IMG/VR virus record: IMGVR_UViG_3300045988_126669 | Location: 33,217-97,216 of that record | Origin: a virus | Length of the DNA stretch: 64,000 nt | Strand: one strand, 5' to 3' | In this document: positions 38,252-47,166 of the stretch, piece after piece | How the letters are laid out: the number at the start of each line of letters is the position of its first letter | How positions within the stretch are numbered: position 1 is the stretch's first letter | Notes under the pieces: model-generated | The model's input: only the letters and a program-made list of their open reading frames with translations | Told to the model about the DNA's origin: nothing | Database searches by the model: none | Made by a program: the position numbers and the translations under genes

Positions 38252-38450
38252 AAAACCTATCCCGCAGGCTTTGAGAGAACAGGCAGACGCCCTTGAAAAG
38301 TTGGCTCAAAGAATTGCAAAAGAAAGTCAGAAATTTCCAGACGCGGAAGACTACAAAGACGGCGGAGAACTTGCGAACGCCTTGTTTGCGATTCAGTCCA
38401 AACTCCGCTATGAATACTTCTGGATTGCGGAAGCCATGTGGGACGTATAA
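38244..38450 (+). CDS. hypothetical protein (68 aa)
   Basis: RBS AAGGGGGAAACAAATAATG and terminator 38455-38490. Confidence 0.5.
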   Translation: MNEKPIPQALREQADALEKLAQRIAKESQKFPDAEDYKDGGELANALFAIQSKLRYEYFWIAEAMWDV

Positions 38451-38535
38451 TTTTCAGGCGAGATTTAATTATCTCGCCTGAAATTTTTTTTTCAAAAAAC
38501 TATTGACAAACTCGCCCCGTTGTGGTATTATAATC

Positions 38536-38604
38536 ATGTCAAGAGGAAATGGTAAGCCTCTTGAAGTAGTAAACAAATTTTTCATACTATGGTTTGCGCG
38601 GTAG
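38536..38604 (+). CDS. leaderless micro-ORF MSRGNGKPLEVVNKFFILWFAR (could instead be an sRNA)
   Basis: Promoter TTGACA 38503; the ATG lies 4-5 nt after the -10 box. Shares the ATGTCA(A/G)GAGG start with the units at 45383, 47924, 48052 and 48158. Confidence 0.3.
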   Translation: MSRGNGKPLEVVNKFFILWFAR

Positions 38605-38636
38605 CCGATAATTACCGCGCCCTTTCTATTTCATTT

Positions 38637-38820
38637 TTGTTAAAATTTTAACAATGGTTGTTCGGCCGGGCGCGCACGGCCCACGCGCCCGGAATTTCCA
38701 TTATATCACAGGGCCAGCAATTTGTCAAGCAAAAAGTTGCAAAAATTTGCACAAATTATTTTTCCCAATTTTGTGCGATCCGTCAATAGACAAATCTCTA
38801 AGGGTGTGTTATATTATAAT
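38637..38820 (+). promoter_or_regulatory. module copy 2: palindromic TTGTTAAAATTTTAACAA, GC hairpin 38666-38692 + AATTTCCATTATATCAC, AAATTTGCACAAATT box, then P2 (TAGACA 38787)
   Basis: Conserved blocks shared with the copies at 42.9, 45.2 and 47.7 kb. Confidence 0.55.
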
Positions 38821-38854
38821 TGTTCCAAGGGGACAGAAAGATGAGGTAAATAAA

Positions 38855-39061
38855 ATGACTAATTACAACATTCACTCTTTTATCAAGACCCAGCTTCTCT
38901 ATGCCGAGCAGATGCCCAGCGACGCCGAGCTTTTCAAGCACAATGCTTATGGTGCAGTTCAGTGGGAGTTATATCGCACGAATGACTCGACTCTTGAAAC
39001 ACAGTGGGAAATCATATATGCCCCCAAATTCGACGCTATCATCAGAAATTATCATTTCTGA
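38855..39061 (+). CDS. hypothetical protein (68 aa)
   Basis: Driven by module-2 P2. RBS GATGAGG. Confidence 0.5.
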   Translation: MTNYNIHSFIKTQLLYAEQMPSDAELFKHNAYGAVQWELYRTNDSTLETQWEIIYAPKFDAIIRNYHF

Positions 39062-39130
39062 TAAAAAGGGCTTGACAAAAGCCCTTTCGCATGATATAAT
39101 ACATATACAATCAAGAAAGAGGTAAGTAAA

Positions 39131-39280
39131 ATGGATATTATTCGAGTTTACAACAGACACACTAATGAAGTCCTTGAAAAGGTTTTCATGGACTCTGCGG
39201 ACGCAGATAACTTTGAAACTATTCTTGACTTCCTTGAAGCGGAATATGAGCGCTACCACGATGGGGAACAATTGTATTAA
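39131..39280 (+). CDS. hypothetical 49-aa protein
   Basis: Own promoter GGGCTTGACAAAAGCC..TATAAT. RBS AAGAGG. Confidence 0.45.
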   Translation: MDIIRVYNRHTNEVLEKVFMDSADADNFETILDFLEAEYERYHDGEQLY

Positions 39281-39352
39281 AGGGGCTTGACAAGCCCCTC
39301 CCTATATGATATAATACAATCAATCCAAGAGAAAAAGAAAGAGGTAAGACAA

Positions 39353-39691
39353 ATGCTTATCAAAATGTCAAAACACGCCACGCAAGACCGCATTGACCGC
39401 CTGCTCTTCATCTACGACAATGTAGGAATCGGCGAACCGTATATCGACAGCGTTGAGGACGATGTTCTCTACACTATCACTACAACTGGTATCCTTCTTA
39501 TTCGTAGTGCTAAGGACGGCACACTCATTACCGCCTATATCGCGGATATTGATAAAATCACCGCGATATGGAGAAACAAGCACGGCGAGCGCCCCATGCC
39601 TGACAACCTTTACAAGCGTGTTCTCGCAAATGCGTTCTTCGATAGAATGTGGAATAAACAGGAAAAGGAGAAAAAGAAAAATGTTCGGTAA
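39353..39691 (+). CDS. hypothetical protein (112 aa)
   Basis: Own promoter GGGCTTGACAAGCC..TATAAT. Confidence 0.5.
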   Translation: MLIKMSKHATQDRIDRLLFIYDNVGIGEPYIDSVEDDVLYTITTTGILLIRSAKDGTLITAYIADIDKITAIWRNKHGERPMPDNLYKRVLANAFFDRMWNKQEKEKKKNVR

Positions 39692-40037
39692 GAAGAAAGA
39701 AAAGAAATTCAATCCCTATGAGAATCACACAGACGAAATGCTTTATAAGGTTTGGGAAGAGCGCGACCGCCTTTATGAAAAGACAAGGCAAGTCATTACG
39801 CGCGTAGGGGTGATTAACCTTTATCCTGACTGCCCCGACCGCAAGAAAGCAGTCTCCGACGCCGAAGAAGCGAAGCACGCCTTAATTGTGGCTATTGGAG
39901 CATACGACACCGCGCGCATGGAGTATAATAACTACATCAAAAAATATGCGGAAAAGTTCGATAGTCCCAAAGAGGAATGGACTACCACAAGCCATGAAAT
40001 CATTGAATGGGCTTACAAATACTATTATAAAGGGTGA
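39681..40037 (+). CDS. hypothetical protein (118 aa)
   Basis: RBS GGAAAAGGAG. Overlaps the previous gene by 11 nt. Confidence 0.5.
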   Translation: MFGKKKEKKFNPYENHTDEMLYKVWEERDRLYEKTRQVITRVGVINLYPDCPDRKKAVSDAEEAKHALIVAIGAYDTARMEYNNYIKKYAEKFDSPKEEWTTTSHEIIEWAYKYYYKG

Positions 40038-40042
40038 ACGAA

Positions 40043-40279
40043 ATGAAAATTACTATTAAGAATGATAATAAGCTCGTCCCGTTTGAAGATGTTGCCGAAG
40101 GTATGGTTTTCAAAGACCCTACCACCGAAGATTATTACATCAAAACTGCCTCTGTGGTCGATGAAGATACCGGCGCCGAGGACTGGAATTGTCTCCGCTT
40201 GGACAATTATACTTTCGATTGCTTTGCTCCAAAGTATATGGTTCGGCCTATTCACGGCGCGGAACTGATTATCCCTTGA
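40043..40279 (+). CDS. hypothetical protein (78 aa)
   Basis: RBS AAAGGGTGA. Confidence 0.5.
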   Translation: MKITIKNDNKLVPFEDVAEGMVFKDPTTEDYYIKTASVVDEDTGAEDWNCLRLDNYTFDCFAPKYMVRPIHGAELIIP

Positions 40280-40391
40280 CAAAACCGAACTTTTGTTCGT
40301 GTTTTTCTCCCCCTTTCCTATGGCTTTGGCGGTTGTGCCTGAAACAACCGCCACCCTTTCCAAAAAATAAATTGAATGGAGATAAAAAAAA

Positions 40392-40566
40392 ATGGAAAAT
40401 AAAGAAAAGCTTAGTGAGGTTGTCGTAAAAGTTTGCGCGATGGCGCGCTATGGTATTCAGAAGCATTTTTCCCCTGATGAAATGGACGAAATGCTTGAAC
40501 GCGTTTCACTTCTTGAAGATAAGCTCGTTCCCATTCTCATCGACCTCGAAGCCGTAGAAAACTAAA
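40392..40566 (+). CDS. hypothetical 57-aa protein
   Basis: RBS AATGGAGATAAAAAAAAATG. Terminator 40570-40602. Confidence 0.4.
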
Positions 40567-40610
40567 TGAAAAATCACCCAATTTGGGTGATTTTTTTTTG
40601 TTTAATTTTA

Positions 40611-40765
40611 CTATTGACAAAGTTCCTTAAATGTGATAAAATTGTCGGCGCGCGGACGACTGTGGCGCGCCGAGTTTTTTGTCAAGAGGTAAGTTCAACA
40701 AATTTTCGCACGAATTTTTGTGTAAAATGCCAATAGACAAAAATCCTATAATGTGGTAAGATGTA
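40611..40765 (+). promoter_or_regulatory. module copy 3: promoter (TTGACA 40615 / TAAAAT 40638), GC hairpin 40647-40673 + U6, TTTTCGCACGAATTTTT box, then P2 (TAGACA 40735)
   Basis: Same architecture as copy 1. Confidence 0.55.
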
Positions 40766-40792
40766 TACAACAAATAAAGGGGGAATAAAATA

Positions 40793-41137
40793 ATGGTGGC
40801 ATGGTATTGGTTGATTCTCGCGTTTTGTGTGGGCATTGCGTTCGCTACAATCACCGATGAGTGGTGCGAATGGGAAAACACCTTGACTGATGTTCTCACA
40901 TGGATTGCTCTGATTATCGGCTTTGTTCCTTTGTCTTTCTATTGCATATTCCTTAAACTGACGATTTTCCACCCCACTACGCAAGAGAAGTTTGAGGAAG
41001 TCAAAAAGATTAGTGAAAAAACTTGTAAAATCTATCGAGTATGCGGTAATGTGTATTTTTGGATTGACCCCAAAGCAACGAAAATTTATAACAAGGTCTT
41101 TTTTGTCCGGGTAAAGGAGAATGACGACAATGTATGA
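40793..41137 (+). CDS. membrane protein (114 aa)
   Basis: Driven by module-3 P2. RBS AAAGGGGGAA. Confidence 0.55.
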   Translation: MVAWYWLILAFCVGIAFATITDEWCEWENTLTDVLTWIALIIGFVPLSFYCIFLKLTIFHPTTQEKFEEVKKISEKTCKIYRVCGNVYFWIDPKATKIYNKVFFVRVKENDDNV

Positions 41138-41288
41138 GGAAGTTAACGTCTTGCGCTTGATTGACTGGTTGCGCGCTTGGACGGAAACCTTTAATGACTG
41201 CGCTTGTTGTCCTTTGTCTGACCAATGCGACCGCGGAAGTATTAGCTACGAATGTGCTGATGACCTATTAGAAAAATTAAAAGAGTAA
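41130..41288 (+). CDS. Cys-rich 52-aa protein
   Basis: RBS AAAGGAGAATGACGACAATG. Overlaps the upstream stop. Confidence 0.4.
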   Translation: MYEEVNVLRLIDWLRAWTETFNDCACCPLSDQCDRGSISYECADDLLEKLKE

Positions 41289-41361
41289 ATTAAAAACTCT
41301 CTATTGACATTTCTATTATATTATGATATTATTATAATAGAAAAAGGAAAGGGTGATAATA

Positions 41362-41601
41362 ATGAAAAAGAAATATACTATTTGGTATGACGCTCCCGAA
41401 GTCAAAGAAGTGGTGGTTTATAATGAAGCTGACGCTATTAAGGCTTTTGACAATGCCACTCACGCATACAATGAAGAAAATAATCTTCGCGGTAAAGATG
41501 CTTACATTGACTTTACACACCGCGATGATAAAAGAATGAGCTTTGAGGAATACGTCGATATTACCGACTGTATTTACTGCGATATTGAGGTGGTAGAATG
41601 A
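41362..41601 (+). CDS. hypothetical protein (79 aa)
   Basis: Promoter TTGACATTTC..TATTATAAT. RBS AAAGGAAAGGGTGA. Confidence 0.5.
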   Translation: MKKKYTIWYDAPEVKEVVVYNEADAIKAFDNATHAYNEENNLRGKDAYIDFTHRDDKRMSFEEYVDITDCIYCDIEVVE

Positions 41602-42071
41602 ATACAATTCTTCTATTCGCGCTTTGCACGGCGGTAAATGTGATTCTGTCAACTATCAAAAGCATTTTGACTGTCAATGGCGGAAAAGTCAGCGCGTCTC
41701 TTATCAATGCTATCACTTATGGTTTTTATTCCTATGTGATTGTACTTACTTCTGCGGACGGTATGCCTATCTGGTTGAAAATGGCTATTACTGCCGTTTG
41801 TAATTTCGTGGGCGTTTATTTTGTCAAATGGATTGAAGAGAAAGCCCGCAAAGACAAGCTATGGAAAGTCGAGCTGACTGTCCCGACAAGATACACCAAC
41901 ACTATTGATTTTGATTTGCATGACGTTCCGCACTCTTATATTGAATTGAGCGATAAACATACGCTTTTCAATTTTTATTGTGCGACCCAAAAGGAAAGCG
42001 CAAAAGTCAAGGCTATTGCCAATCAATACGAAGCAAAATATTTTGTCGCGGAAAGCAAAAATCTTGAATAA
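41598..42071 (+). CDS. membrane protein (157 aa, N-terminal TM helices)
   Basis: ATGA overlap with the upstream gene. Confidence 0.55.
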   Translation: MNTILLFALCTAVNVILSTIKSILTVNGGKVSASLINAITYGFYSYVIVLTSADGMPIWLKMAITAVCNFVGVYFVKWIEEKARKDKLWKVELTVPTRYTNTIDFDLHDVPHSYIELSDKHTLFNFYCATQKESAKVKAIANQYEAKYFVAESKNLE

Positions 42072-42135
42072 AGGGCTTGACAAAAACCTTTTGTTCTGCT
42101 ATACTTAATGTATCAAGTGAAAGGGGAAAATTAAA

Positions 42136-42588
42136 ATGAAAGCTACTGGTATTGTTCGCAGAATTGATGACCTTGGACGTGTGGTCATTCCGAAAGAAAT
42201 TCGCCGGACTTTGAAGATTCGCGAGGGCGACCCGCTCGAAATCTTCATTGAAGACAATGACTGCGTTTGCTTCAAGAGGTATTCGGTGCTTGGCTCTTTG
42301 ACCGAAGAAGCTCTGCGAGTTGCTATCACAATGGCATCAAATTCCGGTCTGCGTCCCATCGCAATCTATGACACTACCGTGAAACTGCGGGGCATGGAAA
42401 ACTTTCCGCCTTATGTTTCGACCCAGTGGGATTTTAAAAGAAAGCCGTTTGTTTTCAATAACACTTATGGCGTTTACCCAATTTGTGCGGACGGCGACCT
42501 TGTGGGTTATGCGGTTTGCGACCAGCAGGACATGGGTTGCGAAATGGACATGATTGTCCGCTACCTCAGCATTGTGTCTGAACGTTAA
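42136..42588 (+). CDS. AbrB/SpoVT-family transition-state regulator homolog (150 aa)
   Basis: The N-terminus GIVRRIDDLGRVVIPKEIRRTLKIREGDPLEIF closely matches the AbrB swapped-hairpin DNA-binding domain. Own promoter GGGCTTGACAAAAACC..TATACT. Confidence 0.7.
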   Translation: MKATGIVRRIDDLGRVVIPKEIRRTLKIREGDPLEIFIEDNDCVCFKRYSVLGSLTEEALRVAITMASNSGLRPIAIYDTTVKLRGMENFPPYVSTQWDFKRKPFVFNNTYGVYPICADGDLVGYAVCDQQDMGCEMDMIVRYLSIVSER

Positions 42589-42664
42589 AAAAATAGCACA
42601 AGGGACTTGACAAAACAAGTCCCTTGTGCTACAATAAAAGCATCAAAGGAAAGAGGTAAATAAA

Positions 42665-42844
42665 ATGGAAATTGAAAAGACATTTCGGGTTGATTACAGC
42701 GGTAAAAATCCTTGGGACCAGTATTATGATAATCGGGTTCGTTTTTACTCCGAAGAAGAAGCTGATGCTTTTATCCAAAAGTTGATGGAAGATGAAAATA
42801 TCTATCAGATTTTCAAAACCATTACTACCAGCTATAACAGATAA
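42665..42844 (+). CDS. hypothetical 59-aa protein
   Basis: Own promoter GGGACTTGACAAAACAAG..TACAAT. RBS AAAGAGG. Terminator 42851-42880. Confidence 0.45.
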   Translation: MEIEKTFRVDYSGKNPWDQYYDNRVRFYSEEEADAFIQKLMEDENIYQIFKTITTSYNR

Positions 42845-42885
42845 AATTTGAGGTGAAAATTCACCTCATTTTTTTTAGTTATTTT

Positions 42886-43071
42886 GCCTATTGACAAAAA
42901 TCCAATAGTGAGATAAAATGGCCGGCCGTTTGCGCCTGCCACGGCCGGAATTTCCATTATACCACCATCTCAGCAATTTGTCAATAGGAAATTTAGCCAA
43001 AAGTCCAACTAATTATTTTCCCGAATTTGGGTATTTTACCAATAGACAAGAATGTAATAATCTGCTATACT
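42886..43071 (+). promoter_or_regulatory. module copy 4: IR-flanked promoter (TTGACA 42891 / TAAAAT 42914), GC hairpin 42920-42948 + AATTTCCATTATACC, then P2 (TAGACA 43043 / TATACT 43066)
   Basis: cctattgacaa...ttgtcaatagg inverted repeat as in copy 1. Confidence 0.55.
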
Positions 43072-43102
43072 ATGGATACAGTAAAGAAAGGGGATACAAA
43101 CA

Positions 43103-43366
43103 ATGTATTACACTCACGATTTTTCTACTGAAAAGTTCTCTACTCGCGGAGAATGTGTAGAAGAACTTCTTTCTTCTATGGATTCTCTTGATATTTCAGA
43201 GTTTATCGCCCATCGCGTTTCTCTTGCTGATATTATTGACGAACGCATGGCCCGCGACCCCGAGGACTTTTACGACTGGTTAGATAGAGAAATTCAGATT
43301 GCGACTAATACCTATCTTGAATGGCATATCAACGAACACTACGGTCATATAGAGGATTTAGAATGA
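43103..43366 (+). CDS. hypothetical protein (87 aa)
   Basis: Driven by module-4 P2. RBS AAAGGGGA. Confidence 0.55.
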   Translation: MYYTHDFSTEKFSTRGECVEELLSSMDSLDISEFIAHRVSLADIIDERMARDPEDFYDWLDREIQIATNTYLEWHINEHYGHIEDLE

Positions 43367-43506
43367 TTATTTTAATCGGCATTTTCGGCCTCGTTTTTGG
43401 CTTTATTTTTGCCTATTCCTGTGAAAGTCTCGGGTGGGACTCTTTCAATATCGTCTACGCTATTCCTGTGCTGATTTTGCTTAATTTCTTATCTTCCGTG
43501 TATTGA
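43363..43506 (+). CDS. 47-aa two-TM membrane peptide
   Basis: ATGA overlap. Hydrophobic. Confidence 0.4.
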   Translation: MIILIGIFGLVFGFIFAYSCESLGWDSFNIVYAIPVLILLNFLSSVY

Positions 43507-43597
43507 GAAAGACCGCAAAAATTTTGAAAAAAACACTTGACAAGCAAATCCAATAGTGGTATAATACAAGCATAGTAAAGGAAAGAGGTAAACACCT

Positions 43598-43891
43598 ATG
43601 AGTAAACCGAAAACTTATGAGTATGAGGGAAGAACCTTTGAGGTCAAGGCATACAGCGGAGATGAGTATGGGGCTTTCTTATTCATCTATGTCTATGAAG
43701 TTATCCGCCCTACCCGCAAATTCTTTGGTCGAACTCGGTTCTTTTGCGAGGACTTTGTTCTTCTTGACCAATATCTTTCTATTGATGACGCAGTAAAAGA
43801 TGTCATCGCACGGGGTCTTTGGCAGGAAGAATATAAAAAGTTTGCCGAAGATAAATGGAAAGAATGGACAAATAAAGTGAGAAATTGCTAA
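43598..43891 (+). CDS. hypothetical protein (97 aa)
   Basis: Own promoter ACTTGACAAGC..TATAAT. Confidence 0.55.
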   Translation: MSKPKTYEYEGRTFEVKAYSGDEYGAFLFIYVYEVIRPTRKFFGRTRFFCEDFVLLDQYLSIDDAVKDVIARGLWQEEYKKFAEDKWKEWTNKVRNC

Positions 43892-43959
43892 AATTTCTCT
43901 TGACAACCGCGCAGACGTATGGTATAATACAGATACAGTAAAGGAAAGGGGTAATACCT

Positions 43960-44460
43960 ATGAAAATCACTTACATCAAGTCCCACGTTGTGGCTACTCG
44001 ACGTTCCATCAACTTTGACATGGACGGCACTATCGCTGACCTCTACGGCGTCAAGGATTGGCTTGCACTTCTCCGTTCGGAAAATCCTAAGCCCTATCGA
44101 ACTGCTGTTCCCATGTGCAATATGGCTGAACTGAATGAGGTTTGCGAACTTCTCCGCGCCGAGGGCTGGGAAATCAACATCATCACTTGGCTTTCCAAAG
44201 ATTCGAGCGAGGAATACAAAAACCTCGTGCGTGAAGCAAAGCGCGCGTGGCTTGAAGAACAGGGCTTCCACTATGACCACTTCCACGGCGTCCAGTATGG
44301 CGCGACTAAGGCCGACAGCGTGCGCGACCGCTATGACGTGTCCATCTTGGTTGACGATAATGAAAAGGTTCGGAATGGTTGGCACTTGGGCGAAACCATT
44401 GACCCGACCGCAGTAAACATTATCGAAAAACTTTCGGAACTTTTGGAGAAAAGGGCTTGA
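43960..44460 (+). CDS. HAD-superfamily 5'(3')-deoxyribonucleotidase-like phosphatase (166 aa)
   Basis: Motif I FDMDGTIAD, and a later ILVDDN motif. Own promoter CTCTTGACAACC..TATAAT. Confidence 0.55.
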   Translation: MKITYIKSHVVATRRSINFDMDGTIADLYGVKDWLALLRSENPKPYRTAVPMCNMAELNEVCELLRAEGWEINIITWLSKDSSEEYKNLVREAKRAWLEEQGFHYDHFHGVQYGATKADSVRDRYDVSILVDDNEKVRNGWHLGETIDPTAVNIIEKLSELLEKRA

Positions 44461-44515
44461 CAAAGCCCTACTCCAATGGTATAATAAATACATCAAATGA
44501 AAAGGAGAAAATAAA

Positions 44516-44722
44516 ATGGTTATTCTTTTAATTCTGCTGTCTCTCGCAGTTTCGTTCCTGCTTACCTCTGGTCTGGTTTGGCTTCTCTGCTGGCTTCTTC
44601 CCGCCCTCGGTATCACCGCAATCGGCACTTTCGTCATCGTGTTCTCGTGGAAGCTGGCACTCGCAATTTGGATTATTCTCGTGCTTTTGCAGTCCATCTT
44701 CTCGGTCGGTTCAAAGAGGTGA
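44516..44722 (+). CDS. 68-aa membrane protein
   Basis: Own promoter. RBS AAAGGAGAAAA. Confidence 0.5.
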   Translation: MVILLILLSLAVSFLLTSGLVWLLCWLLPALGITAIGTFVIVFSWKLALAIWIILVLLQSIFSVGSKR

Positions 44723-44727
44723 TAAAA

Positions 44728-44871
44728 ATGATGCCTTATTTTTGGGTTGATATTGGAATCATCGGAAAAGTAGTTGAAAAGATTGATGACGACCTTTTCA
44801 TCTATGAAACCGTTATCACCAAAGAACGCGCGACCGTGACCGCAAAATGGGTCAAGGAACATCTGCTTTAA
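44728..44871 (+). CDS. 47-aa hypothetical protein
   Basis: RBS AGAGGTGATAAAAATG. Confidence 0.4.
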   Translation: MMPYFWVDIGIIGKVVEKIDDDLFIYETVITKERATVTAKWVKEHLL

Positions 44872-44887
44872 GAGAGGAGAAATAAAA

Positions 44888-45145
44888 ATGAAAGTAAATT
44901 TTGGCACTAAGGGTCAGCTCCAAATTATCAACATTCTCAGCGGTGGCACGTTCACCACTCTGCGCTCCAACGGTAGCGGTATGGGAATGTATCTCAAAAT
45001 TGACAGCAACAACAACACGCCGTTTGTCCGGTCGAGAGGTTCGCAGTATTGCTACGCGGTGAATCTTGAAACGGGTCAGGTTCGCGAGTTTTCGCGCGAC
45101 AAGATGGTGACGCCGGTCAAGACCGAGGTCAATGTGATTGGCTAA
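44888..45145 (+). CDS. hypothetical protein (85 aa)
   Basis: RBS AGAGGAGAAATAAAAATG. Terminator 45150-45181. Confidence 0.55.
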   Translation: MKVNFGTKGQLQIINILSGGTFTTLRSNGSGMGMYLKIDSNNNTPFVRSRGSQYCYAVNLETGQVREFSRDKMVTPVKTEVNVIG

Positions 45146-45190
45146 AAGAAAATCTCCCCAAAAATGGGGAGATTTTTTTTGTTTACTTTG

Positions 45191-45377
45191 ACTATTGACA
45201 AAATCATCTGAATGTGATATAATGGGCCGGCCGTTTCCGCGCGCTACGGCCGGAATTTACCATTATACACCCCGCCAGCATTTTTGTCAAGAGAAATTTT
45301 GCACAAATTTCAATTTTATTTTTTCCCGTTATTTAGCTATTTTACCAATAGACAAATCAGTATCAATCTGCTATACT
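45191..45377 (+). promoter_or_regulatory. module copy 5: promoter (TTGACA 45195 / TATAAT 45218), GC hairpin 45224-45252 + AATTTACCATTATAC, TTTTGCACAAATTTC box, then P2 (TAGACA 45349 / TATACT 45372)
   Basis: Conserved blocks. Confidence 0.55.
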
Positions 45378-45382
45378 ACATA

Positions 45383-45496
45383 ATGTCAGGAGGAAAGAGT
45401 AAGATCTTCGGAAAGGCAGTTCCCTTGACCATTATACCAAAATCCGACGGAATGTTCCAAGCGTGGCGTGCCGAACAAACTTTCAAAAAAGTTTGA
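45383..45496 (+). CDS. leaderless micro-ORF MSGGKSKIFGKAVPLTIIPKSDGMFQAWRAEQTFKKV (37 aa)
   Basis: The ATG is 5 nt after the P2 -10 box and there is no SD. ATGTCAGGAGG family. Confidence 0.35.
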   Translation: MSGGKSKIFGKAVPLTIIPKSDGMFQAWRAEQTFKKV

Positions 45497-45564
45497 AAAA
45501 CCCCTTGACAAACCGTTCTACGTAGGGTATAATGAATACATCAAATGAGAGAGGTAAAAACAAG

Positions 45565-45594
45565 ATGACTTCTAATGCTCGCCCACCGCCTTAA
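45565..45594 (+). CDS. leader micro-ORF MTSNARPPP*
   Basis: Promoter CCCTTGACAAACC..TATAAT. RBS GAGAGG. Poly-Pro then stop. Confidence 0.35.
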   Translation: MTSNARPPP

Positions 45595-45655
45595 AAACTA
45601 ATGGTTTATTGAATTGGATTGGATTAAGATTATAGATAAAGGTAGGTATAAACAA

Positions 45656-45688
45656 GATGTATAGTAATAAACCTCGCGACCGCCCCTA
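45656..45688 (+). CDS. leader micro-ORF MYSNKPRDRP*
   Basis: RBS AAAGGTAGG. Ends Arg-Pro-stop (TnaC-like). Confidence 0.35.
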
Positions 45689-45787
45689 AAAAAAATTGCA
45701 AAAACTATTGACAGCCTGCTCCGCCTATGATATAATAACTACATTAAAGACAAGGGCAGTCTTAAAAACCAGAAAGGAATTGATACT

Positions 45788-46168
45788 ATGGCTACTTCTA
45801 CTTCTACCACTAAGAAGCTCACCAAGCGCGACCGTTTTGAGGCTCTGCTCAAAATGAGCGAGGTTCAGGCAAATCCTGATATGGTGGCGTTCATCGAGCA
45901 TGAGATTGAACTGCTCGCCAAGAAGAACGCGGGCGACAAGAAGCCCACGGCCAAGCAGATGGAGAATGACGCTGTGAAGCAGGTCATTCTGGACGAGATG
46001 ACCGCGAACCCCGACAAGCTGTATACCGTAACCGACCTCATCAAGACCGTTCCCGAACTCGCGGAGTATACCAATCAGCGCGTTTCCGCTCTTCTGCGTC
46101 AGATGATTGACGCCGGTTCGGTTGTCAAGACGGTTGACAAGCGCAAGTCCTACTTCTCCCTCGCGTAA
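45788..46168 (+). CDS. hypothetical protein (126 aa), paralog of 48467..48844
   Basis: About 65% identity to the 48467 gene. Both carry the conserved GAAAGGAATTGATACTATG leader. Confidence 0.6.
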   Translation: MATSTSTTKKLTKRDRFEALLKMSEVQANPDMVAFIEHEIELLAKKNAGDKKPTAKQMENDAVKQVILDEMTANPDKLYTVTDLIKTVPELAEYTNQRVSALLRQMIDAGSVVKTVDKRKSYFSLA

Positions 46169-46310
46169 AGGAAAAAGGGCAGGGGATAAAAAAATCCCCT
46201 GCCCTGCAAAAAAAACTGTTGACAAACCAATAGCAAAGTGATATACTATGTATAGAGATTGAGAGAACGATGGTAAACCTCAATCTACTTTTCCAATAGG
46301 AGACGATAAA

Positions 46311-47087
46311 ATGGGTATTGATAGGCGCAAAAACTACGGCATTATGCTGGACACGGAAACCGCAAACACCATTCAGGACGGCGATAAGCTGGATATGTCA
46401 AATGTACTTCCCTACGACTTCGGCTGGGCGGTCATTGATTCCAAGGGAAATGTTTATGAAACTCATTCTTTTGTGAATCGCGACATTTTCTGCTACGAGC
46501 GCGACCTCATGCGGTCTGCCTACTACGCCGACAAGATTCCTCGCTACATTGAGGATATTCAAAACGGCACTCGCATTATGGCTGACCTTTACGAAATTCG
46601 TCTTGCGTTCTGCGAATGTGTCGAGCGCTACAACTGCTCTTTTGTGTGCGCTCATAATATGCGGTTCGACCTTAACGCCTGCAACAACGCGCAAAGATGG
46701 GACACGAAAAGCAAGTATCGCTATTTCTTCCCCTACGACCTCGAAATTTGGGACACGTTGAAAATGGCGCGTCAGGTTATCGGTAAAATGCCTACTTACC
46801 GCGACTATTGCGAAAAGAACGGCTACAAGACCAAGAACGGACAGCTCCGTTTCACCGCAGAAATTCTCTATCGCTTTATCAGCGGTGAGGACAACTTTGA
46901 TGAATCCCACACGGGATTAGAAGATGTTCTCATTGAAGTTGAGATTCTGCGCTACTGCGTCCGACAGCACAAGGAAATGGACAAGTCCCTTTTCAAAACT
47001 CCCACGGTGAAGCGTCCCAAGCCTACCGAGTTTCAGCGTGCGCTCATGCGAAACATTAAGGAAAATCCTATGATAAACATGAGCTAA
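46311..47087 (+). CDS. DEDDh-family 3'-5' exonuclease (DnaQ/RNase T-like), 258 aa
   Basis: Exo I MLDTETAN, Exo II HNMRFDLN, Exo III SHTGLEDVLIEVEIL. The 5'UTR carries the conserved hairpin gattgagagaacgatggtaaacctcaatc. Confidence 0.7.
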   Translation: MGIDRRKNYGIMLDTETANTIQDGDKLDMSNVLPYDFGWAVIDSKGNVYETHSFVNRDIFCYERDLMRSAYYADKIPRYIEDIQNGTRIMADLYEIRLAFCECVERYNCSFVCAHNMRFDLNACNNAQRWDTKSKYRYFFPYDLEIWDTLKMARQVIGKMPTYRDYCEKNGYKTKNGQLRFTAEILYRFISGEDNFDESHTGLEDVLIEVEILRYCVRQHKEMDKSLFKTPTVKRPKPTEFQRALMRNIKENPMINMS

Positions 47088-47166
47088 AAAAAAATAGGGG
47101 AATAGGGCTTGACAAGTCCTATTCCCTATGGTATAATCAATGTATCAAATGAAAGAGGTGTTTCAC

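Noticed and set aside
43888-44907. Long minus-strand track ORFs inside the GC-richer early region (43888..44907 339 aa; also 49530..50147 205 aa, 45725..46225, 48440..48841, 60921..61754 277 aa)
   Set aside because: They lie antisense to well-supported plus-strand genes that have promoters, ribosome-binding sites and terminators. They lack their own ribosome-binding sites. They are shadow ORFs typical of GC-biased codon usage.
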